Below, piece by piece: positions 24,227-38,130 of a DNA stretch of 64,000 nt. The stretch lies in NCBI GenBank assembly GCA_964106645.2, contig OZ067040.1. One strand, 5' to 3'. A program made the translations under genes and the position numbers. Position 1 is the first letter of the stretch. Each line of letters begins with the position of its first letter. Origin of the DNA: Podarcis pityusensis (Eukaryota). The notes under the pieces are model-generated. The model had not been told where the DNA came from. It did not search any database and was given only the letters and a program-made list of their open reading frames with translations.

Positions 24227-27200
24227 TATATAAATGTAAGAAATGAAAAATGAATGCATGAATGAATGGGTGGAGCTGGGGCAAGGTATGTGGCCTTGGT
24301 CATGTGGAGCCTCCTTCATGTGTACAAATGCCTGAAGATTATTGCAGGCCAAGTTTCTACTGACACTGAATGAGCTGGATGAAATCAATCAATCAATAAA
24401 TAATTGCTTAATTTTTGTTTCTTGCAAATTCCGACACTTTTGTCTTTTCCCTCTCTCTCCCCAGTCCCTGATTTACAAGACTAATTGGGGATGGGATGAA
24501 GGCAGCTAGTATGATCTCTTTTTAGTAATTCTTTAAAAAGCACTTGCCTTTTTTTTAGTGCAGCTAGTCATGTTAAGACTGATTTGTCAGAAAATTAGTT
24601 GTGCTATTTTTCTGCTACAGTACCAAATGTTCTTTAGTTTAATAGTTTCTCTGGAATAATCATTTACAAAAGAAGTGAAGCCAACCTCAACATATGAGAG
24701 AACACAGAATGGCTGTGATGCTTCAGTAGAAATAATTGGTATTTAACGGGACCAATATGGTGAGTTATCCTCACTGTTTTCTTCTCACTCTTTCCCTTCT
24801 TTCTCATCATTCTCTGTCGTCTTTATTGGAAACAACTTGGACAGGCGCTGTGTCAAATGGCATTTTATACACTGCACTGAATAAGATAAGGAGTGTTAAC
24901 CATTTTGGTTAAGCTGCCTTTCCTTACTTTGATGATCACGTAGTATTCTATATTACAACAGTAGTGGCATTGTTAGTCACTACTAGTGCTGCACAGTGAG
25001 ATAATGGTGAAGATTGGATGAGGGGCCCTAGTCAAATCAAAGGTGGCGCAAAACTTCAAAGGGATGAAGCTCAGATTTAGGACATCTCTAAGTGAAAAAG
25101 TTGAGCCGCATCTGAGTGAGGTCCACCCCACTTCAAGATGGGTCTCCTCTGCCTTAATGCTATCTAACTCTCCATTCTAGAATTCTGGAAGCAGAATTTC
25201 CTGCTAAGGAGAGGCTTTGTGGGGCTTACCTCTTTCCAGGTAGGCAGCAGTTGTGGCCCCTCGCTGGTCTCCTGCCATCCCTAGCAGCTGGGACTCATGA
25301 GTGTGGCCTGCGAATGAGATTCTGAGCTGGCTGCTTTTCAGGGTGGATTGCTGCCAAAACTTCAAATTTAAATGGGCCAATCAGGGGCCTAGTAGTGGGT
25401 GCAGCATAACTGGCAGGCTATGAGCTGTATGCTTCCAGTCTGGTCCACCAGTGATGCTTAAAAGCGGACCAATGCAGGTAATTCCCACCATTTTTAACTA
25501 ACCCAGAACGTAGTCTGTTTGAATTGGTTCGTTACACTTTAGCTAGATATACTGCATGGGGATGGGGGCTATACAACTGGGACCACAGTGAGCTTCCCAC
25601 TGCCTGTGGCCCATTGGGCTTTCTGGGAAATACTATGAAATGCTTAAGAACCCTTTTGAGGTTTTCCAAGCATTTAGGGGGAGGAGAGAAGGTTGAAAGG
25701 CTCAGGGTTTTTTTCAGAGTCAGCTGAGTGAGCGTGGTTTGATTCTTGCTGACTCAGACCCACGAGGGTAGCTGAATTCAGGCAACTCAAAATCTCTGAA
25801 AGTAATCTTTCTTACAGTATTTATGTTGGATTAATTGAGAAAACAACTGTAAAGCAATAAAACAAGTAAAACCCAGAACTGTTGGACATAATTGTGCTCG
25901 TTCAAAACTTCTTCCCTCCCCCAGCGGAGTGTAGTAATGCCATTAGTGATTATCCCTCCTTAGAGAACTTTTGACTCAAAATTCAAAGTTAGAAGTAGGG
26001 GTTAAAGTGTGGAGTGAAATTCACTCCAAGTTTTAGGGCTTTTGCTGGTTGCAACAGTAGCAGATGGTGCTGGTACCATTTTTCCCTTTTTAAAAAATAA
26101 CAAAAAACCATCTGTCATCTGGCTGCTGCATTGGCATTCCTTCTAACATTCTGTTATACAACGTAAAATGATGCTATGTTGTGATGTATCATCATTCCAA
26201 GGGGGATTATGGAGAGGAAAATGGTCTACAAATGGAAACTGATCTCTAGTACCTATTTCCCCCTTTTTTCATGAGCATGTTTTAAAAGCTTTTCCCCCCC
26301 AATTATTTCATTATTAATCTTATATAAATGTGAATTTTTCAACATTCTGGAAACATGTTTACAGATGAACCCCAACCAAAGCAGCTCTATTCATGCTCAA
26401 AAATATTTTTAAATGTAAACCTCTTAGAGAACTTGTTGATTACTCAGTATATAAATACCACAAAATAAAATAAAATATATAATACATAAAATATGAAGCT
26501 GTCCCAGAAAGAGATGTACCTCTGTGAGAAAAGATGCAAGGCAATTCAGTAGTGGTGGGTCTAAATTAGCATCACAATGAGACAGACATTTCGGTGTCCC
26601 TTGATGGATCGAACCCACAAAGCTATCACTAGAACAGTTTTTGCTTCTTTGTCCGTGATTGTTGCTATTAGGCAAAAGCTGCAGTGAAGCCTCCCTGCAC
26701 TTCAATGCTTATTGCTCTTGTAAAGGACTAAAAGATTGCACTATCATCTTGTTAGCAGAGTCCTTTTAGACTCTGTGAGCTAGGTCAAGTAAGATAAAGC
26801 TTTCCTCTCCATAGAATGATACAAATTAGTAGCTTCAGATGTTAGTAGGAAGAGAAAAATCTTCCCCTGTGTGGCAACTGGAGGAAATCCATCCTGGTAA
26901 ATTTATGTGGTTGTGGCCTGTTTTGGATTGTTCTACGGGGATTTAAAAGGGGGTTTCACGGAAACAGAAGATGGAATGGATTGAATTGCTTTGTAGCACT
27001 GAAATTCTCTTTCAGTTGTTACAGTGAGGTTAAACTTGTGGACTCCGTTACTTCTGTTGAATTTATCTTGCAGTCTTAAGCTTACTCAGGGCTGGTTGTA
27101 AATTAGTTTGTATGTAATTTAGTCCCTCTCCTGACATGGCCATTTTGCTTATCAACATTTAAATGTTTTGCTTTCAGTTCTGAAAATCAAAACCCTTTTT

Positions 27201-28034
27201 ACCTGTATCACAGAAATTGACTTTTACACCCCTTCATTTCTTCTGCATCTCTGTGCAGCCCCCCCCCCCAAAAAAAATTCATCCTGAGGATGGGAAGACC
27301 TTTAAGAATGATTCAGGAGATGATGAAAGGGGCTGCAGGTGCTGGAAGAGGCAGCAGAAATCACAGCCCCTACCACAGTGCCTTCCGCTCACATTTGAAT
27401 CCAAGGACCAGAAGCCAATAAATTGGCAGGATGGATAGTGTGCATATCATTTGATTATATCCTGTGAAGAAAAATGTAACTTGTGGGTTAGCAGCATAGG
27501 AATTTTATATCTGTTAATCCTCCATCCTCAGTAACTTTGTTCCAAAAGGAACAAAGAATTCAGAAATCACAAGTAGGCGTCTGACAATGAAATGCCTTGA
27601 ACTACCCATAAATCCATTGAGTTTACTGTGGACAGTCTACTTTCTCACCAGCCTGCCCTGGGTTATCTGTGTGCGAGGACAAAATCCTTCTACCTCAGTA
27701 ACACACCAGTCCAGCTGATAAAAAACAGTTAAAAAACATTGAAGGCAACTGATGTCAAAGAGGGGCACAAGCCAATGGCAACTTCTTTGCATCCTTTGTG
27801 CTGCCAGCTGCTCTCAGGTGTGGTGCCCTCTGTATAGTGCATCACTGTGTAGTTCTGGCCTCAGCCTTGATTGGCCAACACTGGACAACTTCCTCTATAC
27901 TGCTTACCCACCAACTGGATGCCGCTCAGCCACCAGAAAGCCACCAAAAGCTCATTGCTTTGTATAGTAAGCTGCTCCTTCATTCATGTAATGAAGGGGG
28001 TATTGCTGTATTACCGCACCGCCCCCACCCCCTT

Positions 28035-28049
28035 ACACACACATACACA

Positions 28050-28086
<37 letters not shown>
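28035..28086. repeat. Compound (CA)n-(CT)n microsatellite
   Basis: Imperfect CA tract followed by about 17 CT units. Confidence 0.92.
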
Positions 28087-28088
<2 letters not shown>

Positions 28089-29732
28089 TGTGTGCTCTAC
28101 TTGAAAGATTGTCTTCCATATATACCTGCCCAGGGCTTGAGATCTTCATCAGAGTCAGAATGAAATAATTTGGGTTTATGTGATGAGATGTTTAGAAGTG
28201 GGCATCCGCAAGTCGATTAATACTGGCAGATAACAGTGAGCTATGCGATGCAATTAAAGTTCTTTTATTAACTTAAACATCTAAGCTGGTTTGTCAGATC
28301 TATGAAAATTCCAGTTTACCTTGAGAATTCAATATACCTTGTTACCATCTTCATTATTGCTGTAGCAATTAAATAATAAGCAGGAGCTGTCACCATATTT
28401 TTGCCACCCTGAACATATTTCCCATTGTGTAAAAATAATGGAAGCCATATGTCCTGCTTGCTAAAACAATGCATTGGTCCCCAGAGCAAGGTCATTGTTT
28501 TTTTAATAACTGTACTGCCAGAAGTATAATTATCACATTCATTAAGTAATTTGTGTCCTAAAATTAGCATGTCCAGTTATAGCTCCATTTGGTTCTCCTC
28601 CACCAACCCACTGAACTGAATAAAACACCTGAAGGAACTATAAACAAAAGCTATTTGTCCTGTGCAGACAACAGAAGGCCCACAACCTACTGTGTGTTTA
28701 CAACTGTAGTTTTATGACTTTTGTTATTCTAACCAGTGAACTTCCTTAAAACCTGGAAGATCACTCTTGTTTCTGTTGGTCTGAAAAAACTAAAAGCTCC
28801 CAAACAGCTTGTCCCGAATTCACACCAGCTTGCTTTATTAGGTGTAGAACAATACTAAATTCCTTTCTGGGACATTATTTTTTTCAAAAATTGAGCAGGA
28901 AAAGGGCAGTCTATTAAGGCAGGCAAGCAGACAGGCAGAGAGAAAGAGAGAGATGCAGGCAGCAGGTTATAACTTAGATACAGGTGTGATCATTGTATTG
29001 CCTATCTAGTCCATGCCAATGTAACCCTAATTTGTTTCCTAATGCACCTAGGAACTAAGATAAATTAGGCAATATTGTATTTATTTTAATGGAATTCTAT
29101 GTGTTCTCTGGAAAGAGACAAACCTTTTCAAAATTGTGCAACCATTGGTTTTAAAGAAAAGTGCATTCAGTTTTCAGTCTAGTATCCAGTCTTATATGCA
29201 GGTAGCATGAAGGTAATTGGAAAAGAAGAGAGAACAGAAATCTCACATTCGTTGTTTCTTATATCTACCTTTTAAAAGAGTCAAGTTTGGGGGAATGAAG
29301 TGCAACTACAAATAAACAAATCCCTGTTTGCCCATGGGCATTCCACCCCCATCTTTTTTAAGGTGACTGTTACTTACGTTATCAGAGTACTTTGAGATTT
29401 GTTAAGGTGAGGAGTCATAACAGTATGTTCCATAGTTTGTGAAGTTATGTACCTGACCTAATATTCTTTGTTCAAGGATAAGAGAGGCTTTGGAGATATC
29501 AATAGCCATGCATTTTGATGGGGAAAGGATCAACCAGGAGATCTGAGCAGCTGTTGGAGAAAGGATCTGCTCTTAACCTAAGTAAATGGCTAGGTACAAG
29601 GCTTCACTACAGTTCTAGTGTGAGCAGAGGACCAAGGGATACCTGCAACATCATGAGTAGCCAGACCACTATGAGATAAAGTTGAGAAAAAAAGCAAGAG
29701 GTCCTTCCCCATACTTTAACTGATCCCAACTT

Positions 29733-29797
29733 TGTTGTTTAGTCGTTTAGTCGTGTCCGACTCTTCATGACCGCATGGACCAGAGCACGCCAGGCCC
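29733..29797 (-). mobile_element. Bov-B (RTE) LINE, 65-bp 3' stub
   Basis: tgttgtttagtcgtttagtcgtgtccgactcttc; 10-bp TSD atcccaactt at 29723-29732 and 29798-29807. Confidence 0.9.
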
Positions 29798-31655
29798 ATC
29801 CCAACTTAACATGTGTTAATTGTAAGCATAAGTTGTGTCCAAGATGTTTTACAAAATATTGATGCCCATGTCTGCCTTGCAAATCTCAACATTCACATCA
29901 GCTTGTAAGATTTCTTATAGGATGATAGTTTACACAGTTGAGTTGGAGTCCCATTCTATTCCCTGCGGTGCAGCAACATACAGGGCTAGGATAAGAGCTG
30001 CTGCTTCAAGCTCCACATCAATGGGAGCACTCACCCTCTGTCCTCAGAGTTTATTTCCATTCTTTTCTTTTCTTTTCTGGTGCTGGGAGATCATCACAGG
30101 ACTTGTGCTACAGCTCTCGGGATGCCTGCTGTGGCATTCAGAAAAAGAGCTCTGCTGTTAGGCACCTGGACCTCCCAAGAGGCTGTTCTTTTTAAATTAT
30201 AGATCACAGATAGGTGGGGGGGGGGAGCATTCAACTTAAGGCACTAGCCTAGATTCCTAGAGAACTTGGGGATAAATCCTCTGCATTACAAAAACAACAG
30301 CAAAATGGCAGTGATACAGGTGCTTAAGAGGCAGGTGGAACATACAGGTGTACTTGACTTGTGTCCTATAGAGGTGCCTTTGATGCAAACCAAGGATTTG
30401 ATCAGAAATAAATTCTGGTTATTTTCCCAGATGGGGAAGGGAATGTGGAATTCTGCTCCCTTCAGCTATGCAAAACAGTGGCTGGGAGGGCTGCTGCAGC
30501 TGGCCAGGGGAGGAGTCAAGACACTGGACACCTGGCATGCCTAGGCACACCTGCTTGTCCCTGCATCGTGGGGCATTGGCATGGGTTTTATAGAACGTCA
30601 TAGTTGGAAAGAAACCCTATTGTTTCTAAATTGAGATAGGTTATTTTATTAAACTTGCAAGTGCTTGAAGCTTGCTACACACTGAAATTTTCTCTTCTTC
30701 CTGTTTTGGAATGTTGGCAAATGTTTTAATTAAACTAGAACACCCTATCACATAATTTATCTACTTGTTCTGCACATCTCTATAAAAAAAAATGCAGAGC
30801 AAATGAATGCACAAAATGCAAGTTATGTAATAAATACTTAGCTGTAGAATGTAACCATTTTTCCTGACAACCAATGAAACTATTGGCTGTCTAGATGACT
30901 TGCACAGCAAGCTCTTTCTTCTTCTTCTTTTGTTGCAATGCCATACAGTAAGAAGCTACATTCAACAGTTCAATAATTACATCCATATCTTACATTTTAT
31001 TTCCCAAAACTTTATTCATTATTTAAATGTCAAGTGTGCCTGCCTTATCTCCACTAGCATGCACCATGAATAAATGGGTTTTCCTTATTGATTATAAATA
31101 GAATATCCGCTGTGATTCACAGGAAATAAAGAACACATTCTATGTAATTTCTAGCTGAATGTATTTCTTTTTATCAACACAAGCTTCAGTAAACAAAGTT
31201 AGGCTTATTAGGTGCAGAAGCTGAAGAAACTAGCTCTAGCTATTGCTAGAATAAAGCAATGCTTCATTTCTAGAATACTGTAAAACCGAAAATATACCTC
31301 TCATGGCAAGTTCTATCTTCCTTCAAAAGAGAGTGACTTGAAGTAAGACTAGATTGTGTGTTTCCATACCAGCAGACCATTTCACTGAGTGATGTAAGTG
31401 GGGCCAAGTATATGGTGGAGGGGAGAAAGTACCACCATCCCTATAGCACACAGTGTAACACAAGTAGCTCACAAAGCAGGGAAAACTGTCATGGAAGTCC
31501 ACCTAAAATGGTTCCCAGGTGGCAGCTATTTTACATACAGCGGGTCTTAATTTGTCTTTTAAAAAGGTATTCTAATGCATACTCATTTAATTCCACACTC
31601 TCTGAATAGTCTGCAAATGGATTGAGGAGTTTTTGGGGTGTATTCATTGAATTGT

Positions 31656-32083
31656 GTTGTTGTTTAGTCGTTTAGTCGTGTCCGACTCTTCGTGACCCCA
31701 TGGACCAGAGCATGCCAGGCACTTCTGTCTTCTACTACCTCCCGCAGTTTAGTCAAACTCATGCTGGTAGCTTCGAGAACACTATCCAACCATCTCGTCC
31801 TCTGTCATCCCCTTCTCCTTGTGCCCTCAATCTTTCCCAACATCAGGGTCTTTTCCAGGGAGTCTTCTCTTCTCATGAGGTGGCCAAAGTATTGGAGTCT
31901 CAGCTTCAGGATCTGTCCTTCCAGTGAGCACTCAGGGCTGATTTCCTTAAGAATGGAGAGGTTTGATCTTCTGGCAGTCCATGGGACTCTCAAGAGTCTC
32001 CTCCAGCACCATAATTCAAAAGCATCAATTCTTCGGCGATCAGCCTTCTTTATGGTCCAGCTCTCACTTCCATACATCACCTA
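31656..32083 (-). mobile_element. Bov-B (RTE) LINE, 5'-truncated
   Basis: Encodes MYGSESWTIKKADRRRIDAFELWCWRRLLRVPWTARRSN...LEKTLMLGKIEG (Bov-B ORF C-terminus); 11-bp TSD cattgaattgt at 31645-31655 and 32084-32094. Confidence 0.95.
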
Positions 32084-33188
32084 CATTGAATTGTAGGTGA
32101 CAGCAAATAGATTTAATGATGTTTAGCAAAATTCAAAGGAGAAAAATATTCCCAACCGTGTCTTTTACAAAATATCAGGTATTTTATTTCATTCTGTGTT
32201 TGGGAAATATAATTTTGGCTATAGATTAATTATCTTATTCACTTGTCCTCTGCTCTCTGTTATCGCTCTTGTTGTCTTAAAAAGTGCATTGGATGAAAAC
32301 ATATTAAATGTTCCCTTCTATGTTCTAACAGTTCTATGTTCTAATAGTCATCATTTTAAGTGGTTGAGTAAAAGAATTATCTGAATGTTTCTCTCATTAT
32401 CTCATATCTATGTTCCTATATTTAAATACGCTTTAAGAGTAACTTAATTTGCACTTAAAAACAACAATATATATTGCATGCTTAATTCTAGGCTGACTAA
32501 AGTTTGGTTTGCATTACTATACATATAATATTAAATGTGTTCTGTATGCATATATATATCAGGTTTACTAAAGTAGCCAGTGCAAAAGAGTTGCTTACAG
32601 CAATGCAAACAACTGAATAAAAATGCTCACAGATCAATACTTTTAAATGTTATGCAACAGAAATATAATATAACATGGGACTTGACTCTTTTATGTGCAT
32701 TGTAATGCACATGTGTGAGTATAATTTTAAATATAAGATAACTAGTCAGGCTTTTTTCCTTTTTAAAAAAAGCATATAAGCAAATCAACTATGCACTAGT
32801 GGCTTGGATATAATAAGGCACTTGGTGTAACAGCCATTCCAATGTGGGCAAGGCTTGATTGGGTCAGAAGTACTGGATTCTGTGTATAAATCAATTGCAA
32901 GCTGAGTGCTCCTCCTGTTATGTTTTTCAGTTAATGTCATAGTTACAAAACATTTGATCATGCCAGCCTAAAGGACTTGGGAGTCTTGTAAGCTAATCTG
33001 CACAAGCAAATTGCAACTGCAAAATGTGGGTAACTGAATTTAAGACTGGAACAAATAAGAAACTGAGCGAATTGGCCTGTGGAGAGTCCCACTTCCAAGG
33101 GCCAGATAGATAGCCACCCCTGATTTGGAGAAATTATTGCTGCTATATTTATGAGAAGGTGTGCCAGGTGCTTCCTTCTTAACCTATA

Positions 33189-33414
33189 CAGTGGTACCTC
33201 GGGTTACCTACGCTTCAGGTTACAGACTCTGCTAACCCAGAAATAGTGCTTCAGGTTAAGAACTTTGCTTCAGGATGAGAACAGAAATCGTGCTCCGGCG
33301 GCGTGGCGGCAGCAGGAGGCCCCATTAGCTAAAGTGGTGCTTCAGGTTAAGAACAGTTTCAGGTTAAGAACAGACCTCCGGAACGAATTAAGTACTTAAC
33401 CTGAGATACCACTG
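33189..33414. mobile_element. Tigger-like MITE, full length
   Basis: TA|cagtggtacctcgggtta ... taacctgagataccactg|TA; internal gcttcaggttaaga repeats. Confidence 0.9.
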
Positions 33415-34610
33415 TACAGTTAAATATATGCTTCTAAACACCTGTGGCCTGGCCCCTCAAATGTTTCCAAATAATTGCCCACATTGCACACCATCAAACC
33501 GATAGTGATGTTGAAATTCATCTGAATGGTTGTCACACCTGAGTGTGTCATCACGTGTTCCATTTCTTCTATGCCTCTTACATAAAATCTCTTTCCTACC
33601 AGAGGAGGACTTTACAATTGTTACTGAATTACTATAGCTGAAGACAAAGCAATATGCCTGGGAATGGCTCTTTCTAGCCTTCCCTTCATCCTTGCAGACA
33701 GGAGCAGTTCTGGTGCGTGATGTTTCCAATTGTATTGCTAATAGATGCCACAATACCTTGACTATGGGACTCGGGGAAATGTAGGAGCTGCTTCTGCTAT
33801 GTATCTAATAAATAGCAAATGGAGGCGTGTATACTCAGGATCCACCTTGTGATTTGTGTTTTTGGACCGCAAATCAATTTTAAAGCTCAGATATGGCGAG
33901 CACTTACTTGGAAGTAATTTTTATTGAACAAAGTGGGACATACTTCTGAATAAATAAGCTCATAATTGAGCTTCAGCAACAGCATTCAGCAAGACGAAGA
34001 TTATTTAGTAAGGTTGTAAGCAAACTACATTATAGCAATTTGTAGTTGTCTGAAAGAGAAGCAGTTGTCTTCTTGACACAGAAATGGAAAAGGTAGATGG
34101 CAGGGACAATGAGAGGTCACACACTGAAACATTCCTCTTCCCGTTAATAGCAATTTCCAGCCTGTGAGTGAAAGGAGAATTTTATGAACATATTTTATCT
34201 TGATTCCATTTAACAGCTAATTTTTCTAATGGAATGCTACATGAACTACACTTCCCTTCAGTATTGTAAGATACAATGTATGGGACATGGATAATCAGCA
34301 GTATTTAGTAGCTGATATTTTAGTCACAGCAGTTCATCAATGGGTTATCAGTTTATGAAGTGATTATATGAGGGGAGATATTTGAAGTATGAGCCAATAC
34401 AAGTTAATTTTAAGTGGGGTGGTTTTTAAATAAATAAATATTTGTGTTTGAAACGAATATGCTGCATAAAAATATTTATAAAATTATAATACTAAAATGG
34501 ATGTTTAGCTGAAGAGGTATTTGAATAGATTGTGGCTATTCAATACAAAACACACAGTTTACCAGGGAGAAACTGCTGAGTAGATGTGTGTAGGATTGTA
34601 TAGTTAAAGT

Positions 34611-35040
34611 AAAAGCAACAAAGGATATTGTGGTACCTTAAAGACTTACAAATTTATAATGGCATAAGTTTCCATGGGTTGCAGTTCCCTTTATCAGATG
34701 CACAAATCATATGAATGTTATCCTGAGTGGCAGGCATATGGACATAACTGGAGGCACGGGGAGTGAAAGTAGTGAGGTCAGAAGGAAAATAAATGCAGAA
34801 AAATGAGTGAAAATTACCGTATTTACTTAACAATGTTTAATCACTATAGAGTTGCTGCTGACACAAACATCATGGCATTGCTAAGCCAATTAATGTATAT
34901 AATGTACTAAAAATCATTTGTCTCATTGCATTCCACAAGTGAAAGCATTGTAAGTCTTGATATAATGTAATTCAGCAGTTTCTGTGATCTACCTTTGAAT
35001 ATTCCCACTCTGAGTTGTCAAGGTTACTTTATTGAACAAT
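34611..35040 (-). mobile_element. Degraded Penelope-like element, 3' region
   Basis: Terminal segment caacaaaggatattgtggtaccttaaagacttacaaatttataatggcataag; the minus strand near 34900-34985 reads TETAELHYIKTYNAFTCGMQ*DK*FLVHY, resembling a GIY-YIG endonuclease C-terminus. Confidence 0.65.
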
Positions 35041-36928
35041 AAGAATAGTGATAGAAACATATGGGACATACCTTTTTGTCTAAGAGCGTTGTGGCTATAG
35101 TACACAACATTGGACCCAATGAAGTTTATCCTTCCTGTTTATTTAGCAGTTCAGAAGTTTTGTCTTTTAATGCAAAACTGAAGAGCATTCCATATATATG
35201 TATATATCCATAAAGGACTAACACTTTTCAAACTGCAGAACGAAGATAGGTTTTCAGTCTCTCCCTGTCAGCCTGCCAAGTCATAATTTGCTGAAGGATA
35301 CAAAGAAGTCAGATATATGGAACTGATTATATTATGCAAATGAGGGCTTGCATCTCCAGTAGATGTCACTATGGCCCATACCTAACTGAGCCTCAGAAGC
35401 TTAGAATTTACAAATAATTTTTGCTTGGAAAACATCACCCAAAATGTATTGCAAAATTTATCATGGAGGTGCTTTTATATTTGTAGATTTGACCTGTACC
35501 TGTATCTTTGACGAACAGCCCAATCTGATTTATTTGGCTCCAAATCAGGTCTGTCAAAAATAAAACTCCCCCTGCCATTAACTATAATGGAGAATATTGA
35601 AAATGCTATAATTGTTTTATTGCTCAGACTTGTTTGTTTGTATCTAGAAACAGTAGCGGACAATAAAAAGAACATTTGAGTTGTTGCATGCAGACCTAGC
35701 AAGACCATTTCCTCCCAGTCTGGGTGGAGTTAAGTATTACCTTGTAAAGTTGATGACTATTCCGGATTCACTCCTTTCAAATTAGCTAAATTCCACTAAA
35801 CTTCATTGCATATATAATAATTTATTATCATAGAAACAGTATCATAGAAACAGGTGGTGGTGATGTGGCCATGAACCCAGCACTGTTTTGAATGGGTCAT
35901 TGCCTCTCACCCTGACTTGTTTAATCAGCCTACTGATTGCTTGCTGTACATGAGTTCAAAACCCCTTGCTTGTGTTCTGCCTTTACTTTCTAAGATTGCT
36001 TGCATCCCATGCCAGTTTTCACTTTAGCTGTAATGACATTAATACTCAATTTGCATTTTCTACCTTCTAATAATGTTCAAAACCAAACATTTAATGCTCA
36101 GTATTCTGTAGTACATAGTATCAAGGTAGGCATTTAATTTATCATGTAATTGCAGACTTTAAATAAATCAGTCCCCCCAAAAAGACGTCTTCTGTGTTTG
36201 AATTTTCTTTAAGCATTACATCTTTCAGTAGCATCTTTTGAAGTACAGAGAATTTTCTACAGTGGTTTTTAAAGAAAAATACAGGGACTGCTCATAATCT
36301 ATTTAGATAACCAGAAATACCACAGAATTTTCATTAATCTCTTTCTTATTAAGCAACTGTCTATGTTAGCAACAGATTGAAAGATCATTGATATAAAAAT
36401 CAGCAGTGAAGTGCTAAAAATAGGAAAGAAACACTATATTTTAATGGAATTAATGATGGTTCCCCCCCACAAATTTTATCTGCAAGTGTTGAATTAAAGG
36501 CTTATAGATCAGCAAGAAGATCTCCAGTGCTATGTTTTCCATTACTTAATTATTATTTTCTACAAAACAGGGAAATAGTCCAAAAATTTGACTAAATCTA
36601 GCTCTCTGGTTTCAGGCTTAACTTGTGAAAGGCTGCAATACAGTCTGGGTCTGACATGCATAGGGCAATCAGCACATGGGCTAGCTAGAGGCAGGAGGTG
36701 TAATTGTAACAGTAAGGAGATGAAGAACTGGATCAGGCAACAGGAACTGAATACAGGAAGTAGGAGATGTAGCCATTAACAGTCTGGAGGTCAAATACAA
36801 AACTGGATAGATGAAGTGAAGTGATGGATGACAAGACAAGGCAGGTGCATTTTGAGAGTCCATGTTGCTATTGGGGATATAAGAGAAATTCAGTTTGGAT
36901 TGTATTTTAATTAGAAAACTACCTAACT

Positions 36929-37332
36929 TCTTGTTGTTTAGTCGTTTAGTCGTGTCCGACTCTTCATGACCCCATGGACCAGAGCACACCAGGCACTCCT
37001 GTCTTCCACTGCCTCCCGCAGTTTGGTCAGACTCATGTTTGTGGCTTCGAGAACACTGTCCAACCATCTCGTCCTCTGTCGTCCCCTTCTTCTTGTGCCC
37101 TCCATCTTTCCCAACATCAGGGTCTTTTCCAGGGAGTCTTCTCTTCTCATGAGGTGGCCAAAGTATTGGAGCCTCAGCTTCACGATCTGTCCTTCCAGTG
37201 AGCACTCAGGGCTGATTTCCTTAAGAATGGATGCGTTTGATCTTCTTGCAGTCCATGGGACTCTCAAGAGTCTCCTCCAGCACCATAATTCAAAAGCATC
37301 AATTCTTCGGCGATCAGCCTTCTTTATGGTCC
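36929..37332 (-). mobile_element. Bov-B (RTE) LINE, 5'-truncated
   Basis: Encodes RVPWTARRSNASILKEISPECSLEG...EDRSAWCALVHGVMKSRTRLND; 12-bp TSD aactacctaact at 36917-36928 and 37333-37344. Confidence 0.95.
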
Positions 37333-37349
37333 AACTACCTAACTAACCC

Positions 37350-38130
37350 TTCTCAAATCAAAATTTGCACTTCTCTGAATTTTGCAGTGCAATTCTTCAA
37401 CCAAATTAACGAGTGCAAAAATGCATGTTGGGTAAGCTGTACATAATGACCGCTCACCAGTCACATCGGTGGGTGGTTTTGTGGCCCGGCATGGGCTCCC
37501 CGGCCTCTGGAGCCACACCATAGCTGCCTGGCCATTGCTCCACTCCCTGGGCTGGCCGCCGAGGCTGCAGGGCTCCCACCTGGTCCTGGTTCAAATCAGC
37601 CAGTCGGCAGCAGCCAGGGGTGGCAGAGCAAAGGCCAGGCAAGGAGGCTCCTGCCGACGCCAGCCATTCAGTTGGCTCGGAGAGTCACAGAGAGAGGTGC
37701 ATCATTGAACGTTCAGGAGGTAATTGCTTGGGAGCAAAGGAGCTGGGATGGCTGTGAGGAAGGCAGAGGTCTGGCTTTACCGCTGCATGAAGGATGCACC
37801 ATGGAGAGGGTTGGAGAGGGTTTGGGACGTTTTGTTTGTGCTAGGTGCATAGGTATTTTGTAGCCTTGGTATCTTGCCCCCCTTTTCTTTTACAGTGCAG
37901 AGCTTGGGTTTACCTTCCCGTATGCATGTGTTATGAAAATAGCATATAGAAATGGATAACGTAAGGAGAATGGTTTGCAAAAATCTGTATATTGGTCAAA
38001 ACTGCATGCAAAAATGTGCTTATTAAGTGAAATTCCCACTGAAATGCTAACAAATTTTCATAAGGATTTAGAAAACAAATTGCAAATTGCTACAGGTATA
38101 TGAAGAGCTGAATTGAAGGGTGGAAATCTA
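37350..38130. mobile_element. Unclassified AT-rich interspersed repeat interrupted by a ~475-bp insert (37447-37920)
   Basis: Flanks 37350-37446 and 37921-38130 are collinear with the inverted copy at 18590-18950. Confidence 0.55.

Noticed and set aside
25020-25770. Moderately GC-elevated block with a CCAAT box
   Set aside because: No termini, TSD, CpG island or ORF could be defined; left unannotated.
31692-32096. 134-aa plus-strand ORF (and the similar 36966-37346 and 36681-37205 ORFs)
   Set aside because: Antisense or alternative frames of Bov-B fragments.
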